This document shows positions 43,683-53,259 of a DNA stretch of 64,000 nt, piece after piece (position 1 is the first letter of the stretch; each line of letters begins with the position of its first letter). A model generated the notes under the pieces. That model ran no database searches. It worked only from the letters and a program-made list of their open reading frames with translations, and was not told where the DNA came from. The stretch spans positions 4,230-68,229 of the forward strand of contig JAZUNQ010000013.1 of assembly GCA_045604205.1 (NCBI GenBank), read 5' to 3'. Origin of the DNA: Acutalibacteraceae bacterium (GTDB taxonomy: Bacteria > Bacillota > Clostridia > Oscillospirales > Acutalibacteraceae). A program made the translations under genes and the position numbers.

Positions 43683-44399
43683 ATGGCTATCTTTAAAAAG
43701 AAAAAAGATGTTGAGTTGGTACTACCTACACATATTGCAATAATTATGGACGGCAACGGCCGCTGGGCAAAAAAACGTTCACTACCACGCACGGCAGGTC
43801 ATGCGGCAGGTTCAAAAACTTTTAAGGATATTGCGAGATACTGTAATAAAATCGGTTTAAAATATCTTACTGTGTATGCCTTTTCTACCGAAAACTGGAA
43901 ACGACCCAAGGAAGAGGTCGACAATATTATGAAAATCTTTAGGGAATACCTTGAAGATACCAAAAACTTTAAAGAAGAAAACATACAACTGCAGTTTATT
44001 GGTGACCGCAGTGTGTTAGACCCCGATATTCAGCGACTTATGAAGGAATCGGAAGAAGAGTCTAAGGATGCTACCGGTTTGCATCTTAACATTGCGTTAA
44101 ACTACGGCGGTAGGGACGAAATTGTTCACGCAGTAAAAGAAATTGTTGCCGAGGGTGTTGATGCAAACGATATCACCGAGCAGATGATATCTGATAAGCT
44201 TTATACAAAGGGTCAACCCGATCCTGATTTTATTATACGACCCAGTGGCGAATACAGACTTTCTAACTATCTTATATGGCAGTCGGCGTATGCTGAATAT
44301 TGGTTTTCAGATATTTTATGGCCTGATTTTAAGCCAAAGGATTTAGACAAAGCCATTGATGAATTCAACAAACGAAACAGACGATTTGGCGGCGTTTAG
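43683..44399 (+). CDS. uppS: Isoprenyl transferase (undecaprenyl diphosphate synthase)
   Basis: HIAIIMDGNGRWA, FSTENWKRP and RFGG. The ATG at 43683 has the RBS AAGAGG. Confidence 0.93.
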   Translation: MAIFKKKKDVELVLPTHIAIIMDGNGRWAKKRSLPRTAGHAAGSKTFKDIARYCNKIGLKYLTVYAFSTENWKRPKEEVDNIMKIFREYLEDTKNFKEENIQLQFIGDRSVLDPDIQRLMKESEEESKDATGLHLNIALNYGGRDEIVHAVKEIVAEGVDANDITEQMISDKLYTKGQPDPDFIIRPSGEYRLSNYLIWQSAYAEYWFSDILWPDFKPKDLDKAIDEFNKRNRRFGGV

Positions 44400-44410
44400 G
44401 AGGCAAAGCA

Positions 44411-45325
44411 ATGAAAAAACGTATTATTTCAGGCGCAGTTATGACTGCCGTCTCAACACTTGTATTAATTCTTGGACTCAAGGTTCAGACACAAATTATA
44501 ACCGCATTTATTGCAATTGTTGCAGCGGTTGGTGTTTTTGAAATTGTTGGAAATGTTGCAAAAACACAGAATATGCTGTTTAAGCTGATTTCAGCGATAT
44601 ATACAGTAATAATGGTTTTTCTTTTTAATATAATAAACCAAAATATTTATCAATTAAATGCTTCTGTAGACCAGAGTGTATATGAAACACAAGCAATGGT
44701 AGCTGCGGTGGTTACAACGGTTTTATACGTTATAGTTTGTGGCGTTTTGTCGGTGATTTATTTCGAACAGCTTGACCTGACAAAAATCGCAACCCTTTGT
44801 GGTGTGCCGCTGTTGTGCAGCTTTGCTTTCTCTACCATTTCAACGATTGTGGTGGCTACAAGTGTTGCACCGGTTACCGATGTTCAAATGGCTACTAATA
44901 TTGTTGTTGCTCCTGCTAAGGGTATATATTATCTACTTCTTGTGCTTAACTACTCTTGCATATGTGACATTGCCGCTTACTTTGTTGGAACCAATTTAGG
45001 CAAAACCAAGCTTTGCCCTAACGTTAGTCCTAACAAGACGGTGGAGGGTGCACTTGGTGGCATAATAGCAAGCCTTATCGTAGGTGCAATAATTACCCTT
45101 TGCTTTGGATACTTTAACAAGATAATTTGGGTTTTATTGTTCTCAATACCACTTTGCGCCGCAGGTATGGTAGGCGATTTGTTCGCATCGGTTATCAAGC
45201 GTAAAGCCGACCTTAAAGACTTTAGCAATCTTATTCCCGGACACGGTGGAATAATAGACCGACTTGACAGTATGTTGTTTGTGGCTCCACTTCTTTATTG
45301 TCTTTTGCTTTTGGGTGTGATTTAA
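44411..45325 (+). CDS. cdsA: Phosphatidate cytidylyltransferase
   Basis: 304 aa, polytopic, with SPNKTVEG and PGHGGIIDRLDS. Confidence 0.88.
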   Translation: MKKRIISGAVMTAVSTLVLILGLKVQTQIITAFIAIVAAVGVFEIVGNVAKTQNMLFKLISAIYTVIMVFLFNIINQNIYQLNASVDQSVYETQAMVAAVVTTVLYVIVCGVLSVIYFEQLDLTKIATLCGVPLLCSFAFSTISTIVVATSVAPVTDVQMATNIVVAPAKGIYYLLLVLNYSCICDIAAYFVGTNLGKTKLCPNVSPNKTVEGALGGIIASLIVGAIITLCFGYFNKIIWVLLFSIPLCAAGMVGDLFASVIKRKADLKDFSNLIPGHGGIIDRLDSMLFVAPLLYCLLLLGVI

Positions 45326-46464
45326 TGAAAAAAATTATAATTTTAGGTTCGACAGGCTCTATTGGTACACAAGCACTTGATATTGTAAGGGCAAATCCTG
45401 ATAAATATCAGGTAGTGGGTCTTGCGGCAGGTAGCCGTGCTACCTTGCTTGAACAACAGGCAAGAGAGTTCGGTGTGAAAACGGTAGCGCTTTTTGAAAC
45501 AAAAGCGGCGGCCGAGCTTAAAACAAAGCTTGCAGATACTGATGTTAACGTTTTGTCGGGAGCGGACGGCGTATGTGAACTTGCATCGCTTGATTGTGAT
45601 ATGGTGCTTAACGCTATTGTAGGTATTGCGGGACTTTGTCCTACGCTTACAGCTATTGATGCAGGTCATACAATTGCGCTTGCAAACAAAGAAACACTTG
45701 TTACAGGTGGCGAGATTGTAAATCGCAAGCTTAGAGAAAAGGGTGTGTCACTGCTTCCTGTAGATAGCGAGCATTCGGCAATATTTCAGTCGCTTCAGGG
45801 TGCGCCACAAAATAGCCTTAAAAAAATATTGCTTACCGCTTCGGGCGGTCCGTTCTTTGGCAAAACAAAGAGTGAGCTCGAAAACGTTACCGTAAAGGAT
45901 GCGCTTAATCATCCAAACTGGTCAATGGGTGCTAAAATTACCATAGACAGCGCAAGCCTTATGAACAAGGGTCTTGAGGTTATAGAGGCGGTGCATTTGT
46001 TTGGCGTTCCCGCTTCGCAAATAGAGGTGCTTGTTCACAGACAGAGTATACTCCATTCTGCTGTAGAGTTGTCCGACGGTGCAGTTATTGCACAGCTTGG
46101 TACTCCCGATATGAAGTTGCCGATACAGTATGCACTGACATATCCCGAGCGTGATATGTGCTTTGAAAGTCTTGATTTATTTAAGGTTGGTTCACTTACC
46201 TTTGAAAAACCCGATACCGACACCTTCAGACTTTTGCCGCTTTGCATTGAGGCAATCAATCGTGGTGGACTTTATCCTACCGCTATAAACGGTGCTAACG
46301 AAGAGTCGGTAAAGCTTTTCCTTGAAGGCAAGATTAAGTTCTTGCAGATTGCCGAGCTTAACGAAAAAGCAATGAATATGTGCGAAAATAAAACAAACTT
46401 TACTGTGGAGGATATTTTTGCGGCCGATGAGGCGGCAAGACGTGTTGTTAGAGAGGCGATATAA
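45325..46464 (+). CDS. dxr: 1-deoxy-D-xylulose 5-phosphate reductoisomerase
   Basis: ILGSTGSIG, LANKE and DSEHSA. The ATG at 45325 overlaps the cdsA stop (TAATG). Confidence 0.95.
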   Translation: MKKIIILGSTGSIGTQALDIVRANPDKYQVVGLAAGSRATLLEQQAREFGVKTVALFETKAAAELKTKLADTDVNVLSGADGVCELASLDCDMVLNAIVGIAGLCPTLTAIDAGHTIALANKETLVTGGEIVNRKLREKGVSLLPVDSEHSAIFQSLQGAPQNSLKKILLTASGGPFFGKTKSELENVTVKDALNHPNWSMGAKITIDSASLMNKGLEVIEAVHLFGVPASQIEVLVHRQSILHSAVELSDGAVIAQLGTPDMKLPIQYALTYPERDMCFESLDLFKVGSLTFEKPDTDTFRLLPLCIEAINRGGLYPTAINGANEESVKLFLEGKIKFLQIAELNEKAMNMCENKTNFTVEDIFAADEAARRVVREAI

Positions 46465-47145
46465 ATGAAACAGATAGATAAAAATACCGTAAAGGCTGAA
46501 AATCAGTTAAAAGATAAACACGACGTAAATTTTGAGTGTGAAGAAAACACAGGACTGCGTGTAATGATGGCGGGTAATTCTATTACCTTGCACGAACCAA
46601 GTCCCGGTATTGGTTGGCACAACCAGTGGGGGATGGCGGCATCCGCTAAAGAAAAGGATTACGTTCACGTTCTTAAAAGTCATATTCAAGGTGTAGCACC
46701 GGATGCAACCTTTTGCATCTGTCAGGCATATAAATGGGAGCGTGATTTTGCAAACGGTAAGCAGGCTTATCCCATTTATGAGGCGGCACGTGATTTTAAT
46801 GCCGATATAATTGTTGTTCGCTTTATAGAAAACTGCCCAAGACAAGATTTTGATGCAGAAGTTTTTAAAAGAGAATATGTAGATTTCATAAACTATTTAA
46901 ACAAAAGCGGTAATGCTAAAATTATACTTACCACTTCTTTCTGGGAGCATACAGCTGACCCTGTTGTTGCTGAAATCTCAAAAGAAAACGGTTGGCCGCT
47001 TGTAGTGATTAATGACTTAGGCGAACTTGACGAGATGAAGGCACTTGGCCTTTTTGAGCACTTCGGTGTTGCAAATCATCCCGGTGACCTTGGTATGAAA
47101 ACTATTGCCGACAGAATTTTTGAAGAGGTAAAAAAACTAATTTAA
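46465..47145 (+). CDS. SGNH/GDSL-like hydrolase family protein
   Basis: 226 aa with a block I-like sequence (VMMAGNSIT) and a C-terminal NHPGD block. Abuts the dxr stop directly. Confidence 0.6.
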   Translation: MKQIDKNTVKAENQLKDKHDVNFECEENTGLRVMMAGNSITLHEPSPGIGWHNQWGMAASAKEKDYVHVLKSHIQGVAPDATFCICQAYKWERDFANGKQAYPIYEAARDFNADIIVVRFIENCPRQDFDAEVFKREYVDFINYLNKSGNAKIILTTSFWEHTADPVVAEISKENGWPLVVINDLGELDEMKALGLFEHFGVANHPGDLGMKTIADRIFEEVKKLI

Positions 47146-47155
47146 CTTTTAGGTT

Positions 47156-48238
47156 GTGATTACAATTTCCGTTATTATTAATTTTTTTAGCAAAATTATT
47201 TCATTTTTTGGAGATAATGTATTACCATATATTATAGCAATATTATTATTTTTGACACTTATAGTAATACACGAGTTTGGTCATTTTATTGCGGCGAAGC
47301 TTTTGGGTGTTCGTGTAAACGAGTTTGCTTTGGGTATGGGTCCAAAACTTATAAAGTGGGGAAAGGGTGAAACCAAGTACTCAATTAATGCTTTTCCAAT
47401 AGGCGGCTACTGCGCTATGGAGGGCGAAGATGAAGCAAGTGGCGACGAACGTGCCTTTTGTAATAAAAAGCCGTGGCGCCGATTTCTAATCGTTGTTATG
47501 GGCGCAACCTTTAATTTAATATTGGGTTTGGTGTTGGTAGCAATAACACTCATACCGCAAAAAAGCTTTTTGACCACTACTGTTGGTGGTTTTGCCGAAA
47601 ATGCCGTAAGTGTTAACTACGGTCTGCAAAAGGATGATACAATTACCCACGTTGATGGCAGAAGAATTTTTACCACCTATGATTTAAGCTATGCTTTCAG
47701 CAACGTTGATGATGGCGCAATTGATATAACCGTAAAGCGTGACGGCAAAAAGGTAGAGCTTAATGGCGTTAAGTTTGCTACAGAACAGGCAGACGGTATA
47801 AATTATCTTACCGTTGACTTTTCGGTTTACGCACGTGAAAAAACCTTTTTGAGTTTTATTGACCATACTTTTGATACTGCAATTTCAAACTGCGCTGTGG
47901 TTTATCGTTCGCTTTTTGATTTGATTACAGGTCGTTACGGCATAAGTGCAATGTCGGGTCCTGTTGGTGTTACCGTAGCAATTGGCGAGGTTGCAAAACG
48001 CAGTATAATGGATTTAATTCCTATTATGGCGCTTATAACCATAAACTTAGGGCTTTTTAACCTGCTTCCTGTTCCTGCATTAGACGGCGGCCGACTTTTA
48101 TTTATCTTGCTTGAAATGATATTTAGAAAGCCTGTACCGCAAAAGTTTGAGGCGATTGTGCACGCAGTAGGATTTGCGCTGCTTATAGCGCTTATGTTAG
48201 TAATTACTTTAAAGGATATATTGGCACTGATTTTTTAG
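47156..48238 (+). CDS. rseP: RIP (site-2) metalloprotease RseP/RasP
   Basis: 360 aa with HEFGHFIAAK, a PDZ-like middle region and NLLPVPALDGG. GTG start. Confidence 0.88.
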   Translation: MITISVIINFFSKIISFFGDNVLPYIIAILLFLTLIVIHEFGHFIAAKLLGVRVNEFALGMGPKLIKWGKGETKYSINAFPIGGYCAMEGEDEASGDERAFCNKKPWRRFLIVVMGATFNLILGLVLVAITLIPQKSFLTTTVGGFAENAVSVNYGLQKDDTITHVDGRRIFTTYDLSYAFSNVDDGAIDITVKRDGKKVELNGVKFATEQADGINYLTVDFSVYAREKTFLSFIDHTFDTAISNCAVVYRSLFDLITGRYGISAMSGPVGVTVAIGEVAKRSIMDLIPIMALITINLGLFNLLPVPALDGGRLLFILLEMIFRKPVPQKFEAIVHAVGFALLIALMLVITLKDILALIF

Positions 48239-48273
48239 TCTGATTTCATACGGGCTTAGAGAGGGCGTTTTAA

Positions 48274-49329
48274 ATGTATAATAATACTACTACCAAAAGA
48301 ATATATGCAGGCGGCGTTGCCATTGGTGGCGGTGCACCCGTAAGCATTCAGTCAATGCTTTGCGCACACGCTCACGACATAGAGGGCAACGTAGCTCAGG
48401 CTGTTGCTTTGCAAAAAGCAGGTTGTGATATTGTTCGTGTATCGGTTCCCGATATTGAAACAATAAAAACGGTAGAAGCACTAAAACAAAACATAACCAT
48501 TCCTCTTGTAGCCGATATTCATTTTGACTGGCGTCTTGCTATAGAAAGCGTAGCTGCCGGTGTTGATAAGGTGCGAATAAACCCCGGTAATATTGGTGAC
48601 GAGGGCCGAGTAAGAGAGGTAGCACGTGTTTGCCGTGAAAACAATATACCAATAAGAATTGGTGTAAATTCCGGATCTTTAGAAAAAGAGATACTTGCTC
48701 GTTACGGTTCGGTTACACCCGAAGCAATGGTAGAAAGCGGACTTTATCATATATCACTTTTAGAAAAATACGATTTTGATAACATTGTATTATCACTTAA
48801 ATCTTCTGATACAAAGCGTATGTATGACGCTTATGTAAAGGCGGCCGAGGTTTGCCCATATCCTTTGCATCTTGGTGTTACCGAGGCAGGAACTGAAAAT
48901 ATGGGTGTTATAAAATCATCGGCAGGTATTGGCGGGCTACTGCTTCGTGGTATTGGCGACACACTTCGCATATCTCTTACCGACGAGCCTGTAAAAGAGG
49001 TTGCCGCCGCTAAAAAACTGCTTAAAGCACTTGGCATTAGAAATGACGGAATAAAATTTGTATCATGTCCTACCTGCGGCAGAACCGAGATTGATTTAAT
49101 AGGTCTTGCAAAGAGCGCCGAAGAGCGTTTTGCAAATATAGATAAGGATATAACTGTCGCTATTATGGGTTGTGTTGTAAATGGCCCCGGTGAAGCGTCG
49201 GCTGCCGACATAGGCATTGCAGGCGGCAAGGATTGCGGCGTTATATTTAAGGGCGGCAAGGTAATTCATAACAAGGTGCCCGAAGATAAACTTTTAGATG
49301 TTTTAGAAGAAGAAATTAATAAGATGTGA
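48274..49329 (+). CDS. ispG: 4-hydroxy-3-methylbut-2-en-1-yl diphosphate synthase
   Basis: 351 aa. TIM-barrel N-domain and a C-terminal 4Fe-4S domain (SCPTCGR...GCVVNGPGE). Confidence 0.95.
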   Translation: MYNNTTTKRIYAGGVAIGGGAPVSIQSMLCAHAHDIEGNVAQAVALQKAGCDIVRVSVPDIETIKTVEALKQNITIPLVADIHFDWRLAIESVAAGVDKVRINPGNIGDEGRVREVARVCRENNIPIRIGVNSGSLEKEILARYGSVTPEAMVESGLYHISLLEKYDFDNIVLSLKSSDTKRMYDAYVKAAEVCPYPLHLGVTEAGTENMGVIKSSAGIGGLLLRGIGDTLRISLTDEPVKEVAAAKKLLKALGIRNDGIKFVSCPTCGRTEIDLIGLAKSAEERFANIDKDITVAIMGCVVNGPGEASAADIGIAGGKDCGVIFKGGKVIHNKVPEDKLLDVLEEEINKM

Positions 49330-49338
49330 GGAATATAA

Positions 49339-52300
49339 ATGCTCTCTTTTGAGGATTTGTTTTCAGCCTATTTAAGCGCTGAAACTCTGAATATATTCAG
49401 AGATGTAAAAATAGAATTATGCAAGCTTAACAGTGATGACAGAAATTTGGATTTAAGTTTGTCAAGCGATAAATACATATCTTGCGCAAAATGTGATATT
49501 TTGCAAGAGGAGATTAAACACGCATTAAAGCTTGAAAAGGCAACAGTACTCGTTGCCTTTTCTTCTGATGCGTTTTGTGCAGATGCCATTGCCGACACAA
49601 TTGCACAAATACGTTCAAAAAATATCATTTTTAACGGTTTTTTTAACGAGGCACAGTACACACTTAACGGTAACGATATAACAATCACGTTAAAATACGG
49701 CGGATACAATCAAATTTGCGAGGGTAATTTTGAAAAGATTTTTAAAGCGGCGGTAAAAAGCCGTTTTGATTTGGATGTTAATATATCATTTGACGGTGTG
49801 CTTCAAGATGCACCGATAGTTGTGCCCGAATCAGAGGTTGCAGTTTCAAAACCGACAACCCCAAAGCCTAAGTCAACCGAGACAAAGGTAAAAGAAGAAA
49901 AGGTATACGACTACAAACCAAAAGACGGATTGCCGGTTTACCTTGAAAGCGCAAAACAGTTTTTTGGCAGAAAAATTGATACCAATGTAAAAAAACTAAG
50001 CGAGGTTATGTTGCCGCAAAGCGACGGCGAGAGCGTATACGTTTGCGCTTGGGGAGAAGTGTTTGGATTAGAGAGCAAGGTTCTTGATACCAAACGTGGT
50101 GGCAAAATGGTAAAGATTAAATTTTACTTTAGCGATACCACCAATTCTTTTTCAGCCTCTCTTACAAAGTTTTTTGACCCCAAATACACAAAAAATCTTG
50201 ACGAAGCCGCAATAGAATTCTTAAATTCTGTATCACCGCTTAAAAACGGCGCATGTGTTATTGTAAACGGTGACTACTCATACGATAGTTGGACACGTGA
50301 TTTTGTGTTAGATGTAAGAGCGCTTGCTACCATTAAAAAATACGAAGAAACCGATGATTATAATGGTGACAAAAGAGTCGAACTGCATTGCCATACAAAT
50401 ATGTCGGCAAAGGACGCCGTTGCAAGTGCAGGTGACATTATAAACCGTGCTTACAAATGGGGGCACAAGGCCGTTGCCATTACCGACCACGGTGTCGTTC
50501 AGGCATATCCTGCAGTTGCCGAGGCCGTTGGTAAAATACAAAAAGGTGGCGGAGATTTTAAAGCCATTTATGGTGTCGAAAATTATTTTATTGACGATAC
50601 AAGATATGATATTTCAAACCTTACGGGTAAAGAAATTGCAAAGCTTCGTAACCACCAGATTTTGCTTGTTAAAGATTTGGTTGGTCTTAAAAATCTTTAT
50701 AAATTGGTAAGCGATTCGCACCTTAACAATTTTTATGGCAGACCTGTTATATTGCGTTCACAACTGGACGCTTGCCGTGAGGGTCTTATTGTAGGCTCTG
50801 CTTGTGAACAAGGCGAACTTTACCGTGCAATAATTGACGGTAAGGACGAAAAAACACTTTTAGAAATTGCTGATTATTACGACTATTTAGAAATACAGCC
50901 TCTTGGCAATAATGAATTTATGGTTCGTGACAGCGAAAAACCCGATAAGGTTGACAAAAAGGGCAACGTCACACCCAACCGATTTAAAAACGTTACAAGT
51001 GTTGAGGTCATAAAGGACTTTAACCGCAAGGTTGTAGAGCTTGCCGACAAGCTTGGCAAAATGGTTGTTGCAACGGGTGACGTTCATTTTCTTAAAAAGG
51101 AAGATGGAATTATCCGTCAGATTGTTATGGCGGGACAGGGCTTTGACGACATAGAAAATCAGGCTCCGCTTTACTTTAAATCTACCACCGAAATGCTCGA
51201 AGATTTTTCATATTTTGGTGACAGAGCATACGAGTTTGTAATTGAAAATCCAAACAAAATAGCCGATATGGTATCGAATGAAGTTATTCCCGTGCCAAAG
51301 GGTAACTATCCGCCTGTTATTGAAGGCTCGGATGATCTGCTTAGAGAGATTTGTTGGCGTAATGCCAAAGCGATGTATGGTGACCCCGTGCCCGAAATAG
51401 TAGAAAAACGTCTTAATAAAGAGCTTAACTCTATTATTAATAACGGTTTCTCTATAATGTATATATCGGCACAAAAGCTGGTTGCCCGTAGTGAAGAGCT
51501 TGGCTACTACGTTGGTTCTCGTGGTTCGGTTGGTTCGTCGTTTGTTGCTACTATGGCCGGCATTTCAGAGGTTAACCCATTAGCACCTCACTACGTTTGT
51601 CCTACCTGTCAGTACAGCGAATTCTTTACCGACGGTTCGGTTGGTTCGGGATTTGACCTGCCTGAAAAAAACTGTCCGCACTGTAATACACCGCTTAACC
51701 GTAACGGTCACGACATACCATTTGAAACCTTTTTGGGATTCAAGGGTGACAAGGTGCCTGATATTGACCTTAACTTCTCGGACGAAGTGCAAAACACCAT
51801 TCAGGAATACACAAAAACGCTTTTTGGCGCAGAAAACGTTTACAAGGCGGGTACAATTTCTACCATAGCCGAAAAAACCGCCTTTGGTTTTGCAAAGGCT
51901 TATGCCGAAAAGATGAATATCACGCTTTCTCAGGCCGAGCTTAGCCGCTTGGCATCTTTGGTAGAGGGTTCAAAGGTTAAGACCACTACAGGTCAGCACC
52001 CTGCCGGTATGATTATTGTGCCACAGGGTATGACCATTTACGACTTTTGTCCCGTGCAGCATCCTGCTGACGATACAAGCAGTGATATTATTACAACACA
52101 TTTTGACTTCCATTCTATTCACGACACAATACTAAAGCTTGATGAGCTTGGCCACGTAGTGCCTACTACATATAAATATCTTACCGAGTATTCTGGCATA
52201 GATGTTAATTCGGTTTCTATGAGTGACCCTAAGGTTTACAGCCTGTTTACCTCTACCGAGGCTCTGGGTGTATCGCCTGAGGAAATTGAGTCAAAGACAG

Positions 52301-53208
52301 GTACTTTTTGTCTGCCTGAGTTTGGTACGTCTTTTGTACGTGGAATGCTTGTTGACTGTAAACCAAAAAATTTCTCTGATTTGCTTCAGATATCGGGTCT
52401 GTCACACGGTACCGACGTTTACCTTGGTAACGCAAAAGATTTGATTGATGACGGCACCTGTACCATTTCAGAGGTTATTGGTACCCGTGATAACATAATG
52501 GTTTACCTTATACATCAGGGTATGGACGAGGGCAGAGCCTTCCAAATTACCGAAACCGTTCGTAAAGGACTTGTTGCTAAAGGTAAGGTGTCTAAAGAGG
52601 ATTGGGGTAAAATGGAGGACGATATGCGTGCGGTTGGTGTGCCCGAGTGGTATATTGGCTCTTGCTATAAGATTAAGTACATGTTCCCAAAAGCCCACGC
52701 AGCAGCGTACGTTATATCGGCAATAAAACTTGGTTGGTACAAGGTTTACCGCCCACTTGAATTTTATTGTGCTTATTTTACTGCTCGTCCCGAAGACGTA
52801 GACGTTCCTACCGTTATAAAGGGCAGAGGCGCGGTGCTTGCCAAAATGAACGAGATTAAGGCAAAGGGTAAAGAGGCAAGTAAAAAAGAGCTTGATACAT
52901 ATGACGTATTGCTTATAATCAACGAAATGATGGCAAGAGGACTTGAGATATTGCCCATTGATATAAAACATTCCCACGCTATGAAATTCTTGCCTGAAAA
53001 CGGCAAAATGCGCCTGCCGTTTGGTGCGCTTTCGGGCGTTGGTGAAAAAGCGGCATACTCTATATATGAAGCCGCTTGCAAGGGTGACTTTGTTTCCCGA
53101 GAGGACTTTGCGGTTGAAGCAGGTGTTTCTAAAACAATTATCCAAAACCTTGCAGATCTTGGTGCAATGGATGACCTGCCCGACACAAATCAGATGTCAT
53201 TGTTTTAA
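49339..53208 (+). CDS. polC: DNA polymerase III, PolC type, lacking the internal 3'-5' exonuclease domain
   Basis: 1289 aa. Split PHP domain (RVELHCHTNMS...AITDHG...THFDFHSIHD), Zn module (CPTCQ...CPHC) and pol core (PDIDLNFS). No DxETTG motif is present. Confidence 0.93.
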   Translation: MLSFEDLFSAYLSAETLNIFRDVKIELCKLNSDDRNLDLSLSSDKYISCAKCDILQEEIKHALKLEKATVLVAFSSDAFCADAIADTIAQIRSKNIIFNGFFNEAQYTLNGNDITITLKYGGYNQICEGNFEKIFKAAVKSRFDLDVNISFDGVLQDAPIVVPESEVAVSKPTTPKPKSTETKVKEEKVYDYKPKDGLPVYLESAKQFFGRKIDTNVKKLSEVMLPQSDGESVYVCAWGEVFGLESKVLDTKRGGKMVKIKFYFSDTTNSFSASLTKFFDPKYTKNLDEAAIEFLNSVSPLKNGACVIVNGDYSYDSWTRDFVLDVRALATIKKYEETDDYNGDKRVELHCHTNMSAKDAVASAGDIINRAYKWGHKAVAITDHGVVQAYPAVAEAVGKIQKGGGDFKAIYGVENYFIDDTRYDISNLTGKEIAKLRNHQILLVKDLVGLKNLYKLVSDSHLNNFYGRPVILRSQLDACREGLIVGSACEQGELYRAIIDGKDEKTLLEIADYYDYLEIQPLGNNEFMVRDSEKPDKVDKKGNVTPNRFKNVTSVEVIKDFNRKVVELADKLGKMVVATGDVHFLKKEDGIIRQIVMAGQGFDDIENQAPLYFKSTTEMLEDFSYFGDRAYEFVIENPNKIADMVSNEVIPVPKGNYPPVIEGSDDLLREICWRNAKAMYGDPVPEIVEKRLNKELNSIINNGFSIMYISAQKLVARSEELGYYVGSRGSVGSSFVATMAGISEVNPLAPHYVCPTCQYSEFFTDGSVGSGFDLPEKNCPHCNTPLNRNGHDIPFETFLGFKGDKVPDIDLNFSDEVQNTIQEYTKTLFGAENVYKAGTISTIAEKTAFGFAKAYAEKMNITLSQAELSRLASLVEGSKVKTTTGQHPAGMIIVPQGMTIYDFCPVQHPADDTSSDIITTHFDFHSIHDTILKLDELGHVVPTTYKYLTEYSGIDVNSVSMSDPKVYSLFTSTEALGVSPEEIESKTGTFCLPEFGTSFVRGMLVDCKPKNFSDLLQISGLSHGTDVYLGNAKDLIDDGTCTISEVIGTRDNIMVYLIHQGMDEGRAFQITETVRKGLVAKGKVSKEDWGKMEDDMRAVGVPEWYIGSCYKIKYMFPKAHAAAYVISAIKLGWYKVYRPLEFYCAYFTARPEDVDVPTVIKGRGAVLAKMNEIKAKGKEASKKELDTYDVLLIINEMMARGLEILPIDIKHSHAMKFLPENGKMRLPFGALSGVGEKAAYSIYEAACKGDFVSREDFAVEAGVSKTIIQNLADLGAMDDLPDTNQMSLF

Positions 53209-53213
53209 TTAAA

Positions 53214-53252
53214 ATAAAAAAAGAGAAGATTCAAGCGAATCCTCTCTTTTTT
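53214..53252. terminator. Bidirectional terminator between polC and the convergent anti-sigma gene
   Basis: Stem AGAGAAGATTC-aagc-GAATCCTCTCT with one mismatch, flanked by A7 and T6 runs. Confidence 0.7.
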
Positions 53253-53259
53253 GTTTGAT

